A DNA stretch of 52,640 bases from a virus (lineage: Duplodnaviria > Caudoviricetes), in the IMG/VR virus record IMGVR_UViG_3300002854_000247, positions 1-52,640 of that record; one strand, 5' to 3'. The notes beneath the pieces were generated by a model that was not told the DNA's origin, ran no database searches, and saw only the letters and a list, made by a program, of their open reading frames with translations. Made by a program: the position numbers and the translations under genes. Numbering within the stretch: the first letter of the stretch is position 1; every line of letters starts with the position of its first letter. This document shows, piece by piece, positions 28,462-37,910 of the stretch.

Positions 28462-29909
28462 CGATGCCTCTTGGTCAGGAACATGGCGACCGATGGCCCG
28501 GCCGAGATATTGACGTTGTCGGCGGCGATCACCGCGTCGGCGAGGTTGTGCGACTTCACGCCGAGGTCTTTCTTGAGCTTGGCCTTCGGCACCACGCGCT
28601 TCTTGCCCTCGCTCTCGACCCACCACGGGACGCAAAGCTCAGTGAAGAGGGCGTCCAGCTTCGCGGGCCCCATCTGCGACGAGAACGACAGCACGTCCTC
28701 AGGCTTGATCGAATGGCCTCGCGTCACAGCGTTGAACGTGAGCATCGCGCGGCGCGCCGTGTTGGCCCATGCCTGCGCCTTGAGGTTCAGGTACTCGTTC
28801 TTGTTGAGCGGGCTGTTGTCGTTGAGCGGGTCACTCGGCTTGTCGCCGTCCATGACACCGCCGCCGGCATGAAATGCGAAGTGCTCGACGCTCGCCTTGT
28901 TCGCCTCATTCTGCTCGTCGATGTAGCCGCCAACGAACGCGCCCACGCCGATCGTGTCATACGATACCGTGGCGCCAGCGTGCTTCGCCTTGGCCCATAC
29001 CTTCTTGGCGTTCTGAACAAGCTCATCCTTGCCTGATGACCAGTCTTCCGCGTCGGTGAAGACGCCTTCGATCTTGTCGGCCGTTGCGCTCTTGTCCTCG
29101 CCGTCGTCGGCCGGGTCGAAGCCGATGATGTTCCGGCCGGTCAGTTCGATTTTGAGAACGGTGTGAGCGTCAACGCAGGCGTCCAGCCAGCGGCGCTTGA
29201 AGATGGAAAGCTCGCTGTCACCAAGCGGCACGCCGCCATAGACGTGCTCGAAAAGCTCCGGGTTGCTGTCCCGCATCGCGGCGATGTCGCGCAATGCCTT
29301 CTGAGACAGAAACGGGTTATCCGTCCAATCGATCTTGTGCACCACCGTATGTGGCGGCGTGTTGACGACGAAGTTCTTCCAGACGTAGTCGGTGACCAGC
29401 TTCGGATTGAACAGCAGGATCGCGAGGCTGTCTTCCTTGCGGATCGTCGGCCCGATAACCGTCCATTGCTCCTCGGTGAGCTTTTCAGCCTCTTCCACCC
29501 AGAGAATATCGACGTCGGACGTGCCCTTGATGTCCTCAAGGTTTCGCTCGATGCCGTAGAAGATGAACTCCGCGCCGGTTCTCCGGTGGATGATCGTCGT
29601 CTTCTGGACGTCGTATGCCGCTTCAAGCCCCAGATGAGCAATGGCCCATTTCAGTTCGGTATAGACCGAATCCTGAATGCGGTTCTGGAAGCGCCGGATG
29701 CAAAGGACGCGCATCCTGACGCTGACGTGATCAACGAGGCGAACCAATTGGCAGGCCGTGTCTCGTGTCTTCGAGCTCGACCGCCCGCCGTGAAGAACCG
29801 CAATGTCGGCCTTGCCTAGGAATACCTCTTCCCAGAAATCATGCAGCGCCGGGTTTGTCAGATGGGTGGTGGCGTCTAGCTCTTTTCGCTGCGCAGCACT
29901 TCCCGCCAT
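28458..29909 (-). CDS. terL: Terminase large subunit (PBSX-like)
   Basis: Walker A GGRSSSKT, WVEEAE Walker B, GFDPAD nuclease, S.NLADA. Confidence 0.95.
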   Translation of the reverse strand: MAGSAAQRKELDATTHLTNPALHDFWEEVFLGKADIAVLHGGRSSSKTRDTACQLVRLVDHVSVRMRVLCIRRFQNRIQDSVYTELKWAIAHLGLEAAYDVQKTTIIHRRTGAEFIFYGIERNLEDIKGTSDVDILWVEEAEKLTEEQWTVIGPTIRKEDSLAILLFNPKLVTDYVWKNFVVNTPPHTVVHKIDWTDNPFLSQKALRDIAAMRDSNPELFEHVYGGVPLGDSELSIFKRRWLDACVDAHTVLKIELTGRNIIGFDPADDGEDKSATADKIEGVFTDAEDWSSGKDELVQNAKKVWAKAKHAGATVSYDTIGVGAFVGGYIDEQNEANKASVEHFAFHAGGGVMDGDKPSDPLNDNSPLNKNEYLNLKAQAWANTARRAMLTFNAVTRGHSIKPEDVLSFSSQMGPAKLDALFTELCVPWWVESEGKKRVVPKAKLKKDLGVKSHNLADAVIAADNVNISAGPSVAMFLTKRHR

Positions 29910-30487
29910 GTTCTTGTCTCGGTCTGTATCGGGGCGCCGTCGGGTCCGGAGTGCTCATGGCGCTCGACGAACATGCCAAGGTGCTTGCCGATATCGACCA
30001 GCGCGCCCTTCTTGTCGTGAAGCTTGATCTTGATCCCGCCAGTCGAATTCTGGCTTATCTCAGCGATAGCGCCGGCCGTGTCGTCGTCGATCTCGTCGCT
30101 CGATATGAGCTGCACGTTGTTCGTCACGACGTTCTTGATCACGAGGACATCGCCACCTTCCGGGTTATCCTCTTCCGTGACCAGCGTGCCCTGCCACTTG
30201 ATGGCCTTGCGAATGTCAGCGAAGCCGATCTTGGCCAACTCAGCCAGGACGCGCTCTTTTGTGATGGCGAGCTTGTCGATAGCCTTTTCGGTGGCCTTCC
30301 GCTCTACCGTCTGCTCCCATTCCAAAAGCTCGGCCACGCGCTGTCTGATGTTGTCTTTCTGCTGTAAACGGGATGCATTTCCCCGGTCTGGCTTGAAGCC
30401 AGCGGCAGCATATGCGTCATCCGCTGTCTTGCCTTTCGCCAACTCCTGCGCGAACTTCTCATGCCGGGCATTTTTCAGGACTGGCAT
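29876..30487 (-). CDS. terS: Terminase small subunit
   Basis: MPVLKNARHEKFAQ, VLAELAKIGFAD, KLHDKKGAL..IGKHLGMF. Confidence 0.92.
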   Translation of the reverse strand: MPVLKNARHEKFAQELAKGKTADDAYAAAGFKPDRGNASRLQQKDNIRQRVAELLEWEQTVERKATEKAIDKLAITKERVLAELAKIGFADIRKAIKWQGTLVTEEDNPEGGDVLVIKNVVTNNVQLISSDEIDDDTAGAIAEISQNSTGGIKIKLHDKKGALVDIGKHLGMFVERHEHSGPDGAPIQTETRTWREVLRSEKS

Positions 30488-30507
30488 AGGCTAACCTTGG
30501 GGGCGAC

Positions 30508-30906
30508 ATGGATACTGAACGGTTCAAGACGTTTGAGGCAGCCGCAATCGAAGGAGCGGCCCAAGGTCTAAAAGCACTTTTGCTTTTGAATGGCGGCGCC
30601 TGCGTTGCCCTGCTTGCATTCGTCGGGAGCACAGCTACCAGCGGGAGCCTCCGGCCCGAGTTTGTCCCATTGATCTCTGCGGCGACAAGCTCGCTGATCT
30701 GGTTTGCCGCTGGATCGGGCATATCGGTGTTGGCGTGCCTATTCGCTTACTGGACAAATCAGACTTACGCCAATCACATCATCGCCCCAGCGAAAACGTC
30801 CTGGTCGTCAGGGACTCGGTTGAACGCCGCAGCGTCGACGCTTTCCGTGTTCTCCCTTGCCTCCTTTGGCAAGGGTGTGTTGGACATCGCGCTGTCGATG
30901 CCGTGA
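30508..30906 (+). CDS. Antisense moron: 3-TM membrane protein
   Basis: LKALLLLNGGACVALLAF and two further hydrophobic segments. Confidence 0.75.
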   Translation: MDTERFKTFEAAAIEGAAQGLKALLLLNGGACVALLAFVGSTATSGSLRPEFVPLISAATSSLIWFAAGSGISVLACLFAYWTNQTYANHIIAPAKTSWSSGTRLNAAASTLSVFSLASFGKGVLDIALSMP

Positions 30907-31014
30907 AGCCCCTGTCTCTACCCTCCACCGAGGATACAGAGAGAAGCATCGGATCGACTTTGCCGGGCTAACCGGCCATTGTGGGTGCCCTTGAACCAGA
31001 GGGGGTGTTGCGTC

Positions 31015-31095
31015 ATGGCCCGGCGTATCGCGTGGCTATTTGTGATTGGAGTGTTTGCCTACGCTTGCTTCTGGATGGCGTGGCACTGGTATTGA
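31015..31095 (+). CDS. Unannotated 26-aa hydrophobic peptide MARRIAWLFVIGVFAYACFWMAWHWY
   Basis: GAGGGGG SD, ATG...TGA, followed by hairpin AGCCGG...CCGGCT. Confidence 0.5.
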   Translation: MARRIAWLFVIGVFAYACFWMAWHWY

Positions 31096-31140
31096 GAAGC
31101 CGGACCTAAGCCCGGCTCTCATTTCGGGTATGCGGGAGCG

Positions 31141-31368
31141 TTAGCCCGCTCGACCGTCGGAGAGACTGAGGCCGTGGGTGGCGTAGCTCTCGCGATATTC
31201 GGGCTTGAGTTCGGCGATCTTGCGATAGGCGGTGACGCCGGCCGCGCGCAGCGAGTGCCAGGTGGTCTCGATGCCGTAGCGGAACGCCTCGCGGGCGAGA
31301 TCGATCAGCACGATGGCGATGGCAGCGATCGCGTCATAGATGCGGTAGAAGAAGCCGTGGTAGCGCAT
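31141..31368 (-). CDS. Hypothetical protein
   Basis: AAGGA SD, MRYHGFF start. Confidence 0.6.
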   Translation of the reverse strand: MRYHGFFYRIYDAIAAIAIVLIDLAREAFRYGIETTWHSLRAAGVTAYRKIAELKPEYRESYATHGLSLSDGRAG

Positions 31369-31397
31369 GCTGGTTCCTTTCTGCTGGGGTGGAGAGG

Positions 31398-31592
31398 TTA
31401 GGCGAGCAAGGCCCAGATGAGCCAAGAGATGAGGGACGGGATGGCCGCGATGATCAGCAGGAAGCCGTTCCACAGCTCGGGGAAACTGTAGTCGCCCCCT
31501 CCGCTGGTGAATTTCGACACGGCATAGCAATAGGAAAGGGCCGTAACGGCGAGCGGCAGCAGCCACCAGCCGAATTCGATGGTGAAGCTCAT
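31398..31592 (-). CDS. Small 2-TM membrane protein
   Basis: AGGAG SD, MSFTIEFGWW. Confidence 0.65.
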   Translation of the reverse strand: MSFTIEFGWWLLPLAVTALSYCYAVSKFTSGGGDYSFPELWNGFLLIIAAIPSLISWLIWALLA

Positions 31593-31700
31593 CGCTCTCT
31601 CCTGGAATGAGAAACCCGCCACTGGGTGACAGACCGGCGACGGGCTCTCTGGCGCTTCACCCGCATAGGTGAACTGGCGAATAGGCTCGAGGAGCACAAT

Positions 31701-31725
31701 AAAAAAGGGCGGCCAAAGCCACCCC
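31701..31725 (-). terminator. tR'-like terminator at start of late transcript
   Basis: GGGTGGC-tttg-GCCGCCC followed by T-run on - strand. Confidence 0.75.
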
Positions 31726-31788
31726 GAATGCGCAAATCACCAATGTAGAATATCTATAGCCGGTTCGTTACAACGGGGCAAGTGCCCG

Positions 31789-32352
31789 TCAAGCGCTCCG
31801 CCGCTTAGTTCCACGGTTTTCGTAGCCCCACTGGCGGGCCATTTCGTCGAGGCCATCCTTTAGATAATCTGTAAGGGTGGTGCGCTCGCGATGGGTCTTA
31901 GCAAGCTCGGGGATGGCAAACCCCTCGCCCGCGATCTTGCCCATGATATCGTAGGCGCGGACGCCGAGAATTTCGCGGATGCGCTTGAGTTCCATCGCGG
32001 CGCGGATCTGCCTCTCGGATAGAGGCTCGCTGGAGCCGCCACCGTCCACCGGCTCCTTGCTGTAGTCGAACGCCCCTGCTCCGGCACCACCCATGGATTC
32101 CCACAGCGCCCGGAACCGGTCAGCCGCCGCGACCTGAGCCTCGTTGATGTGCTTGCGAGCTGCGAGAGTTGCGATGGCGCTTTCTCGGATGTTGACGTGT
32201 GCACTGATGACGACCGGGTTCCAGGTCTCACCATTGTGGGCGCGACTGAACAGCGGGTTCGGCACTTTCTGGATACGAACTTCGGACTTCAGGTTGCCGA
32301 CGCCTGCGACCGTCTGTTTCTTCGGCTTTTTCGCCTTTGCTGCCATAGTCAT
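31789..32352 (-). CDS. Putative late regulator/antiterminator (Q position)
   Basis: Last middle gene; QVAAADRFRALWE...DYS.EPVDGG...L.DGLD family pattern. Confidence 0.65.
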   Translation of the reverse strand: MTMAAKAKKPKKQTVAGVGNLKSEVRIQKVPNPLFSRAHNGETWNPVVISAHVNIRESAIATLAARKHINEAQVAAADRFRALWESMGGAGAGAFDYSKEPVDGGGSSEPLSERQIRAAMELKRIREILGVRAYDIMGKIAGEGFAIPELAKTHRERTTLTDYLKDGLDEMARQWGYENRGTKRRSA

Positions 32353-32371
32353 GTTCCTCGTGTTGCCGCCG

Positions 32372-32599
32372 TTAGGTGCGCAGCGCCTTTAGCGCCGCCA
32401 GTTCCTTTTCAAGTTCCTCGATCCGGCATTCGACCTGCGGTTCCGCCGTCTTGAAGCAGTCGCCGTCAAAATGGCAGAAGCCGTCTTCCGCGCAGTGGCC
32501 GCCCGCGTGCTGGCACTTCATCATTGCCTTCGCGAACCGCTCGTGATGCAGTTCGAGGTCTGCGACGGGGCGAAGCCATTCCTCGCGGGCCCATGCCAT
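32372..32599 (-). CDS. Small Cys-rich hypothetical protein
   Basis: GGAGG SD; C..AGGHC..DGFC...GDC. Confidence 0.6.
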   Translation of the reverse strand: MAWAREEWLRPVADLELHHERFAKAMMKCQHAGGHCAEDGFCHFDGDCFKTAEPQVECRIEELEKELAALKALRT

Positions 32600-32601
32600 C
32601 C

Positions 32602-33177
32602 TCACCCCTCCTTGCCCTTGAGGATCGAAACCCGCGCGGGGCCCTTCTTCTTGCCGTGAATGGCGTTGAGGATCGTGGTGTGATCGCGATGGAAGATTTT
32701 GCCGACAGCCGGGAACGACAGATCCGGCCGCTGCTCGCAGACTGCCTTGATGCAGGCGTGGCGCGGGACGATCAACCCGCGCGACCGGCGCGGCGATAGA
32801 ACGTCTTCCCACGTGACGCCGGGGAAATCGCGCAGCACCTCCATCACGATGCGAGTGACGGATTTCTTCTCCTGGAACTGGATGCCATCGCCGCCGGCAA
32901 TCTTGTCCTCGATGTCGGCGAGATACTTCGCTTGGGACATGAACGCGGCGCGCAAGTCAGCCAGGTCGAGTTCGAGGCCGCTGACCTTGGCGACCAGCCG
33001 ACCGTTATCGTCCTCCGCCTTGTGAAGATCGGCCTGAAGTTCCGCAATGCGCCCGTTTGCCTGCTCGATTTCCCGCGGCTTCGCCGTGACGCCCATGAGC
33101 CGCTTTCGGATTTCGGCGGCCTGCGCCTGCTGCTCGGCGGCACTGGTAAAAACCTTGGCTGAAACTTGGATGTTCAT
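32602..33177 (-). CDS. Coiled-coil protein with DnaA C-terminal-like HTH
   Basis: VLSPRRSR...PRH...LSFPAVGKIFHRDHTTILNA. Confidence 0.85.
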   Translation of the reverse strand: MNIQVSAKVFTSAAEQQAQAAEIRKRLMGVTAKPREIEQANGRIAELQADLHKAEDDNGRLVAKVSGLELDLADLRAAFMSQAKYLADIEDKIAGGDGIQFQEKKSVTRIVMEVLRDFPGVTWEDVLSPRRSRGLIVPRHACIKAVCEQRPDLSFPAVGKIFHRDHTTILNAIHGKKKGPARVSILKGKEG

Positions 33178-33935
33178 CGCTGGAAACTCCTTTCGGAACG
33201 CCGCCTCTCGGCGGCAAGGTACTCTTCGCGGGTCTGGATTTTTGCCCCGGTCTTGGGAGGTTTATCCGGCGGCTTGGCCTGGACGCGGGTCCACATCCGT
33301 TGGCGGAGATACTTGGCGGCGGAGCAGATCACCGTCCGGCCGCCGCCCTTGGCCTGCTCGACGTAGGCGCTGGATAGGCGCTTAGCGGCGGCCCGCTCCT
33401 CGTCGGAAAACTGCTGCCACGTCTTGAACGCATCGTCGTGGTCATCGCTCGCTTGGGACGGCCATGAAGAAATCCAAGAATCGAAATCAGCGCGATCGCG
33501 CTCTTTCTTTTCGATTGATTCCGAACGAAGTGAGGAAAGGTCAGTGGTTGTCGGTAACGCGCCCGTATCGCTGCTTTTGCTTTGCACATGCATAGCATTT
33601 GCATCTGAGGTGTCTTTTTTCGCCTTCGAATAGCGAGCCTCTGCTGCCGAGCGGCGCTTCTCGATAATCTCGTCGGCTTTCGAAAGCTCGGCGTCGATCC
33701 GCTTGTGAGACCAATCCGGACCGAAGAGCATCGCGAGGATATCCCGGCTCTCCTCCCACTGCTCGACGGTGAGCTTGGCTATGCGCGCGATAACTCGTTC
33801 GTTCGCCGGCAGGCTTCCGTTCTGCCAATAGTGCATGATCATGAGCAGGTAGGCGCCGTGCTCGGTTGCCGTCAGGTGGCCGGTGTCAGCGAGATAGTCG
33901 GCGATATGGAGCGGCATCCAGGCGCGGTTGCTCAT
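33174..33935 (-). CDS. Replication initiator, DUF1376/YdaU family
   Basis: WMPLHIADYLADT.HL...EHGAYLL...YW, HKRID.EL. Confidence 0.88.
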   Translation of the reverse strand: MSNRAWMPLHIADYLADTGHLTATEHGAYLLMIMHYWQNGSLPANERVIARIAKLTVEQWEESRDILAMLFGPDWSHKRIDAELSKADEIIEKRRSAAEARYSKAKKDTSDANAMHVQSKSSDTGALPTTTDLSSLRSESIEKKERDRADFDSWISSWPSQASDDHDDAFKTWQQFSDEERAAAKRLSSAYVEQAKGGGRTVICSAAKYLRQRMWTRVQAKPPDKPPKTGAKIQTREEYLAAERRRSERSFQR

Positions 33936-34231
33936 GGCTTCTCACCCCGCGCTACCGATTGTGAGAAGGCCACCGCATCATCGACGCTATGGAGCGTGAA
34001 GACAGGCGAGCCCCGCCAGTCGTCTGCGAATGACTGCTGGTTTGCGTTCAGGCCCTTGCCGTATCCCTTGGTGCCGGTCTTCACCTCGACGAGATAATTC
34101 CGGCCGCGGAACCCGCAGAGCAGGTCGACCGGCTTGTCGAGCCGGTAGATACTGAATCCAAAGCCTTCGAGGAAATCGACGATCGACTTTTCGGATGCGT
34201 CGCGCTGCGCGCCATAGCGGGGCATGCTCAT
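33932..34231 (-). CDS. PD-(D/E)xK / VRR-NUC-like nuclease
   Basis: PVDLL...LVEVK...Q..F. Confidence 0.75.
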   Translation of the reverse strand: MSMPRYGAQRDASEKSIVDFLEGFGFSIYRLDKPVDLLCGFRGRNYLVEVKTGTKGYGKGLNANQQSFADDWRGSPVFTLHSVDDAVAFSQSVARGEKP

Positions 34232-34458
34232 CCGCGCGCCTCCCGCCGAAGCTCGGCGTTGATGGCCTTGTTGCGCTCTCGCCAACGGCGATTGGCTTCA
34301 CGTTGCCGTTCACGGCGCTCCTCATCGGGCAAAACACCGTGATCTACATCGGCTCGAGCCGCCATGAGGTTATAGGCTTCGCTCTCGTCGATGCCGCATG
34401 CCTCGGCTATCGCTGCACTGTTTCGGCCGAATAGTTCGTAGGCTTCGCAGAAGGTCAT
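34228..34458 (-). CDS. Small HTH-like hypothetical protein
   Basis: ATGA-coupled; SAAIAEACGIDESEAYN. Confidence 0.7.
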   Translation of the reverse strand: MTFCEAYELFGRNSAAIAEACGIDESEAYNLMAARADVDHGVLPDEERRERQREANRRWRERNKAINAELRREARG

Positions 34459-34471
34459 GCCGCCACCTCGC

Positions 34472-34497
34472 GGAACATTCCCCGGCCTGCACCGGTT
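34472..34497 (+). promoter_or_regulatory. EcfG/RpoE2-type promoter
   Basis: GGAAC-N17-GGTT upstream of ATG 34521. Confidence 0.65.
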
Positions 34498-34520
34498 GCA
34501 CGTGCGTAGAGGAGAGCGAT

Positions 34521-34703
34521 ATGGCCAATGACCCAAACGATCCGAAGAAGCCCTTGGAAGTTCCTCCGGAAGAGACTCCAGACGATCTGCCGGACATTCC
34601 GGCACGCCCGATTGAGGAACCGGGACCGGACGTTGTTCCGGAAGAAGCACCGGATGTCACGCCCATACCGGGAGAGGAAATTCCGTCGAAGATGATCCGC
34701 TGA
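34521..34703 (+). CDS. 60-aa acidic Pro-rich disordered protein (antisense moron)
   Basis: GAGGAG SD; MANDPNDPKKPLEVPPEETPDD... Confidence 0.7.
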   Translation: MANDPNDPKKPLEVPPEETPDDLPDIPARPIEEPGPDVVPEEAPDVTPIPGEEIPSKMIR

Positions 34704-34708
34704 GGCTT

Positions 34709-37210
34709 TCATGCCGCCTCGACTTCCCGTTCGAATATGTCGAACATCGTCGGCGTCGAAACCTCGCGCTCCATAGCCTGCAGGTACTTGATGCCATCAA
34801 GGAAGTATCCAGGGTTCAACTCGGATGCGCGACCGCGGCGGCCAAGCTTCAGCGCCCGGTACGGTACGGTGAACAACCCGCCGAACGGATCGAAAACCAG
34901 CTCCCCCTCATTGGAGAATCGCTTGATGAGGCGGTCGACAATGTCGAATTGGAGGGGGCAAATGTGGTTTTCCAGCCCCTTCTTCGTCTGCTCGCCGTTC
35001 AGCGTCCGCATGCGGTTCACGTCGTGCCAGGTGAATGCGTCGTGGGCGCCTGGCGCCAAGCTCATGAAGGTCGACGGTAGTGCGCCGCGGACTTCGAGCG
35101 CTTCACCGATGCGGATGTGCGTCTCGTAGTCATAGACGTTCTGCATCGTCCATTCGGTGAAGGCCTTCGCCAGAAGATCCGGGCCAAGGCTGGCAAGCTC
35201 TTCAGGCGTCGGAAGCCGGTCGCCTGACGAGCGCCAGAAGGCATGGGCGTCAACCTGCCACCGGGCACGGGTGTAATCGTCTTTCGACTTGGAAACGCGC
35301 TCGTCGGCGTAGGCCTTGGAGGTGTCGGACGGCAGCTTGCGGAAGAGCAGAGTGTATTCGGGCGAGCCCACGCCCATCTTCGTGCCGTCCTTGCAGTTTT
35401 CGGACCAGCCGAGGCGATAGGTCTGGTTATTCTCGCGCACCACGTCCGTGTTGACGGTGATCATGCCCATGTAGGCAAACCCGTGCTGCATGGTGTGGAA
35501 GAGCGTGCGGGCGTGGAACGGGTTGACCGTCGGCATCCCCATGCCGGTGACGTTCCCGAATAGGATGCGGTCCTTGGTGTGGCAGGCGTAGACCCGGCCG
35601 GGCTTGAGGATCCTCAGCAGTTCGGGCGTCAGAAAGTCCATCTGTTGGAAGAAATGATCGTCGCCGTCGGTGTGGCCGAAGTCGTTATAGCTCGGGGTGT
35701 ACTCGTAGTGGTTCGAGAAGGGGATCGAGGTCACGATCAGGTCGACCGAGATATCGGCCATGGACCGAGCCTCTTCGACGCAATCGTTGTTCGCCACCTG
35801 CCATCCCTCGCCGCGCGCTTCGATCCGCTCGACGCCGATGGAGCGGGTCAGGACCTCAGCAGCCGAAAGCTTATCAAGGCCATGCTCGCGGATGATTTCG
35901 CTCATTTTCTCGACCATGCGATTATGTGCCTCCCATTTGGCTTGGAGGGTGCGCAGGACCTCGCGCTCGCTCTCCGCGTAGATGATGTGGATTTCGACCT
36001 CTTCGACCTGCAGGAATCGGTAGATGCGGTGCAGAGCCTGGATAAAGTCGTTGAATTTGAAGCCGATGCCGAGGAACACAGCCTTGTGGCAATGGCGTTG
36101 GAAGTTGCAGCCGGAGCCGGCGATGACAGGTTTCGCGGCGAGGTACTGAAACTTACCCTCGCTGAAATCGACGATCGCCTCTTCGCGCTTCTCGAGATCC
36201 TGGGTCCCGTAGATCGACACGGCTGATGGCACGGCGCGCTCGATCGCGCGGCGCTCGTCTTCAAGATCGTGCCAGATGATGAAATGATCTTCCGGAGCGC
36301 CGGCAAGGATCTCGGTCATCTTGGCAATACGGGCATCGAGCGTGTCGCGCTTCTCACGCGATGCCGAGACAACGCCAACAGCGGTATCGCGGAAGAGTGC
36401 AGCCTGGCCATCGCGATCAACGCCGCCGTCCGCGATGTTCGACTGAACCTCGTGGTAGATGACCTTGAACGGCGGCAGGTCGTATCCTTCAGCGGAGTGG
36501 CCCAGGTCAGCCGGCGACTGCAAAAAGATCGCCCACGAATTCAGCCATAGCCAGAATTCACGCTCCTTGTGCGGGTAGAGCGTCAGATTGTTGGCCTGGG
36601 TACTGTCGCGCTGGAAGAACCGCGTCAGGGCCTGCCCGGTGTCCATGATGCCAAGGAAGCCGGCGTAGTGGATCAGTTCCTTGTAGCGGTTCGGGCTTGG
36701 CGTGGCCGTCGCGACAAAGCGATAGCGAACCTGATCGAACAGCGAGAGAAACGTCTGATAGGTCTTCGAGCCATAGGAGCGAAGCACGGACGCCTCGTCC
36801 AGGCTCACGGCCGTGAACTGGTTCGGATCGATCTTACCGTCGCGGACGGTCTCATAGTTCGTCATGTAGATGCCGGTCTCGCCAGCTTCTTCGATGCGAC
36901 GAATGAACTTGATATCGACGCCGAGCATCTTGCCGTCGCGGCGAAACTCCTGACGGACGCCGAGCGGCAGGACGATCAAGCCACGGCCAGCGACAGCGGC
37001 GCAGACGAGGCGCAGGACCTCGATCTGGATAACTGACTTGCCCAGGCCAAACGCCGCGAAGATTGCCCGCTTGCCGCCGCGGGCGGCCCACACGACGATA
37101 TCGCGCTGATGGGGCTTGAGGATCGGGTTCACGTCGCCGTGGGAGATCGGCAGGCCTGAGACCGGAGCAAGACGGATTTTGCCTTTGAGAAAGTCGCCGT
37201 AATCCATCAC
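34709..37210 (-). CDS. SNF2-like helicase domain fused to N4/N6 DNA methyltransferase
   Basis: FGLGKS, LDEAS, TATPSPN; C-terminal TSIPF and DPFGG motifs. Confidence 0.88.
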   Translation of the reverse strand: MMDYGDFLKGKIRLAPVSGLPISHGDVNPILKPHQRDIVVWAARGGKRAIFAAFGLGKSVIQIEVLRLVCAAVAGRGLIVLPLGVRQEFRRDGKMLGVDIKFIRRIEEAGETGIYMTNYETVRDGKIDPNQFTAVSLDEASVLRSYGSKTYQTFLSLFDQVRYRFVATATPSPNRYKELIHYAGFLGIMDTGQALTRFFQRDSTQANNLTLYPHKEREFWLWLNSWAIFLQSPADLGHSAEGYDLPPFKVIYHEVQSNIADGGVDRDGQAALFRDTAVGVVSASREKRDTLDARIAKMTEILAGAPEDHFIIWHDLEDERRAIERAVPSAVSIYGTQDLEKREEAIVDFSEGKFQYLAAKPVIAGSGCNFQRHCHKAVFLGIGFKFNDFIQALHRIYRFLQVEEVEIHIIYAESEREVLRTLQAKWEAHNRMVEKMSEIIREHGLDKLSAAEVLTRSIGVERIEARGEGWQVANNDCVEEARSMADISVDLIVTSIPFSNHYEYTPSYNDFGHTDGDDHFFQQMDFLTPELLRILKPGRVYACHTKDRILFGNVTGMGMPTVNPFHARTLFHTMQHGFAYMGMITVNTDVVRENNQTYRLGWSENCKDGTKMGVGSPEYTLLFRKLPSDTSKAYADERVSKSKDDYTRARWQVDAHAFWRSSGDRLPTPEELASLGPDLLAKAFTEWTMQNVYDYETHIRIGEALEVRGALPSTFMSLAPGAHDAFTWHDVNRMRTLNGEQTKKGLENHICPLQFDIVDRLIKRFSNEGELVFDPFGGLFTVPYRALKLGRRGRASELNPGYFLDGIKYLQAMEREVSTPTMFDIFEREVEAA

Positions 37211-37231
37211 TCGCCCTCCCCGATCTCAGCC

Positions 37232-37609
37232 TTAAGCTCCGGAGCGAGCCAGAATGCGAGCCGCTTCGATGAGCGCATGAGCCAGCGTGCGAGGGCTACC
37301 CGCTTGCATTGCCACCAAGAGCGCAGTGGCGTGCTCGATTTCGCGGTCGAGTTCTCGTGCTTCTTCTCGTCCATAATGGACTCCCGTCTTCTTCTCGATG
37401 TCGTGGAGTTCTTCAGCGCTGATGGAGACGCGGGGATCCGCGTACCAAACGTCCTTGGTCCGAGAGATCGACCAGCCCAACTTGCGGGCGGCTGCGGTGA
37501 TCCGCGCCTTCACGCTTCCATGCGACGGAGGCGCGATGCGGTCTCTCAGGGCATTTTGGCAGAATTCGACCGTACTCATTTTCGGAATTTTCCTATTCGA
37601 TTTCGGCAT
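37232..37609 (-). CDS. Phage regulatory protein (CII-like position)
   Basis: GGAG SD; KARITAAARKLGWS..RTKDVWY HTH-like. Confidence 0.65.
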   Translation of the reverse strand: MPKSNRKIPKMSTVEFCQNALRDRIAPPSHGSVKARITAAARKLGWSISRTKDVWYADPRVSISAEELHDIEKKTGVHYGREEARELDREIEHATALLVAMQAGSPRTLAHALIEAARILARSGA

Positions 37610-37910
37610 TCTCCGACGCTCCATATGCAATCTTCGGGGTGTTGAAGCCGAAGGAGTTGCGAATGAAGCGACCTTCCAAATTCGACGGAGAGGGCAAATC
37701 GCTTGCCGGCGATCTCTCGCCCTCTCCGTCTGCTGGCCCGCCTGGGTCGAGCCGTCTAATTCCATTCCCGGTGGCCGCCGCAGCCAAAGGCCGGGATACT
37801 GAGGGCGCCGGGGTTTCCTCGGCTTCGGCGTCCTCACTTTTCATTCCACTCGGGATGGCCGCGCACGCAGTCGTGATGAAGCTGCAAGGCGGATTTCCGA
37901 GAATTCGAGT

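Larger units (their letters stand above)
34455..34712 (-). other. Sense 'bridge' ORF (85 aa) spanning antisense gene 34521-34703
   Basis: ATGA overlaps at both ends (34709-12 and 34455-58). Confidence 0.55.
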
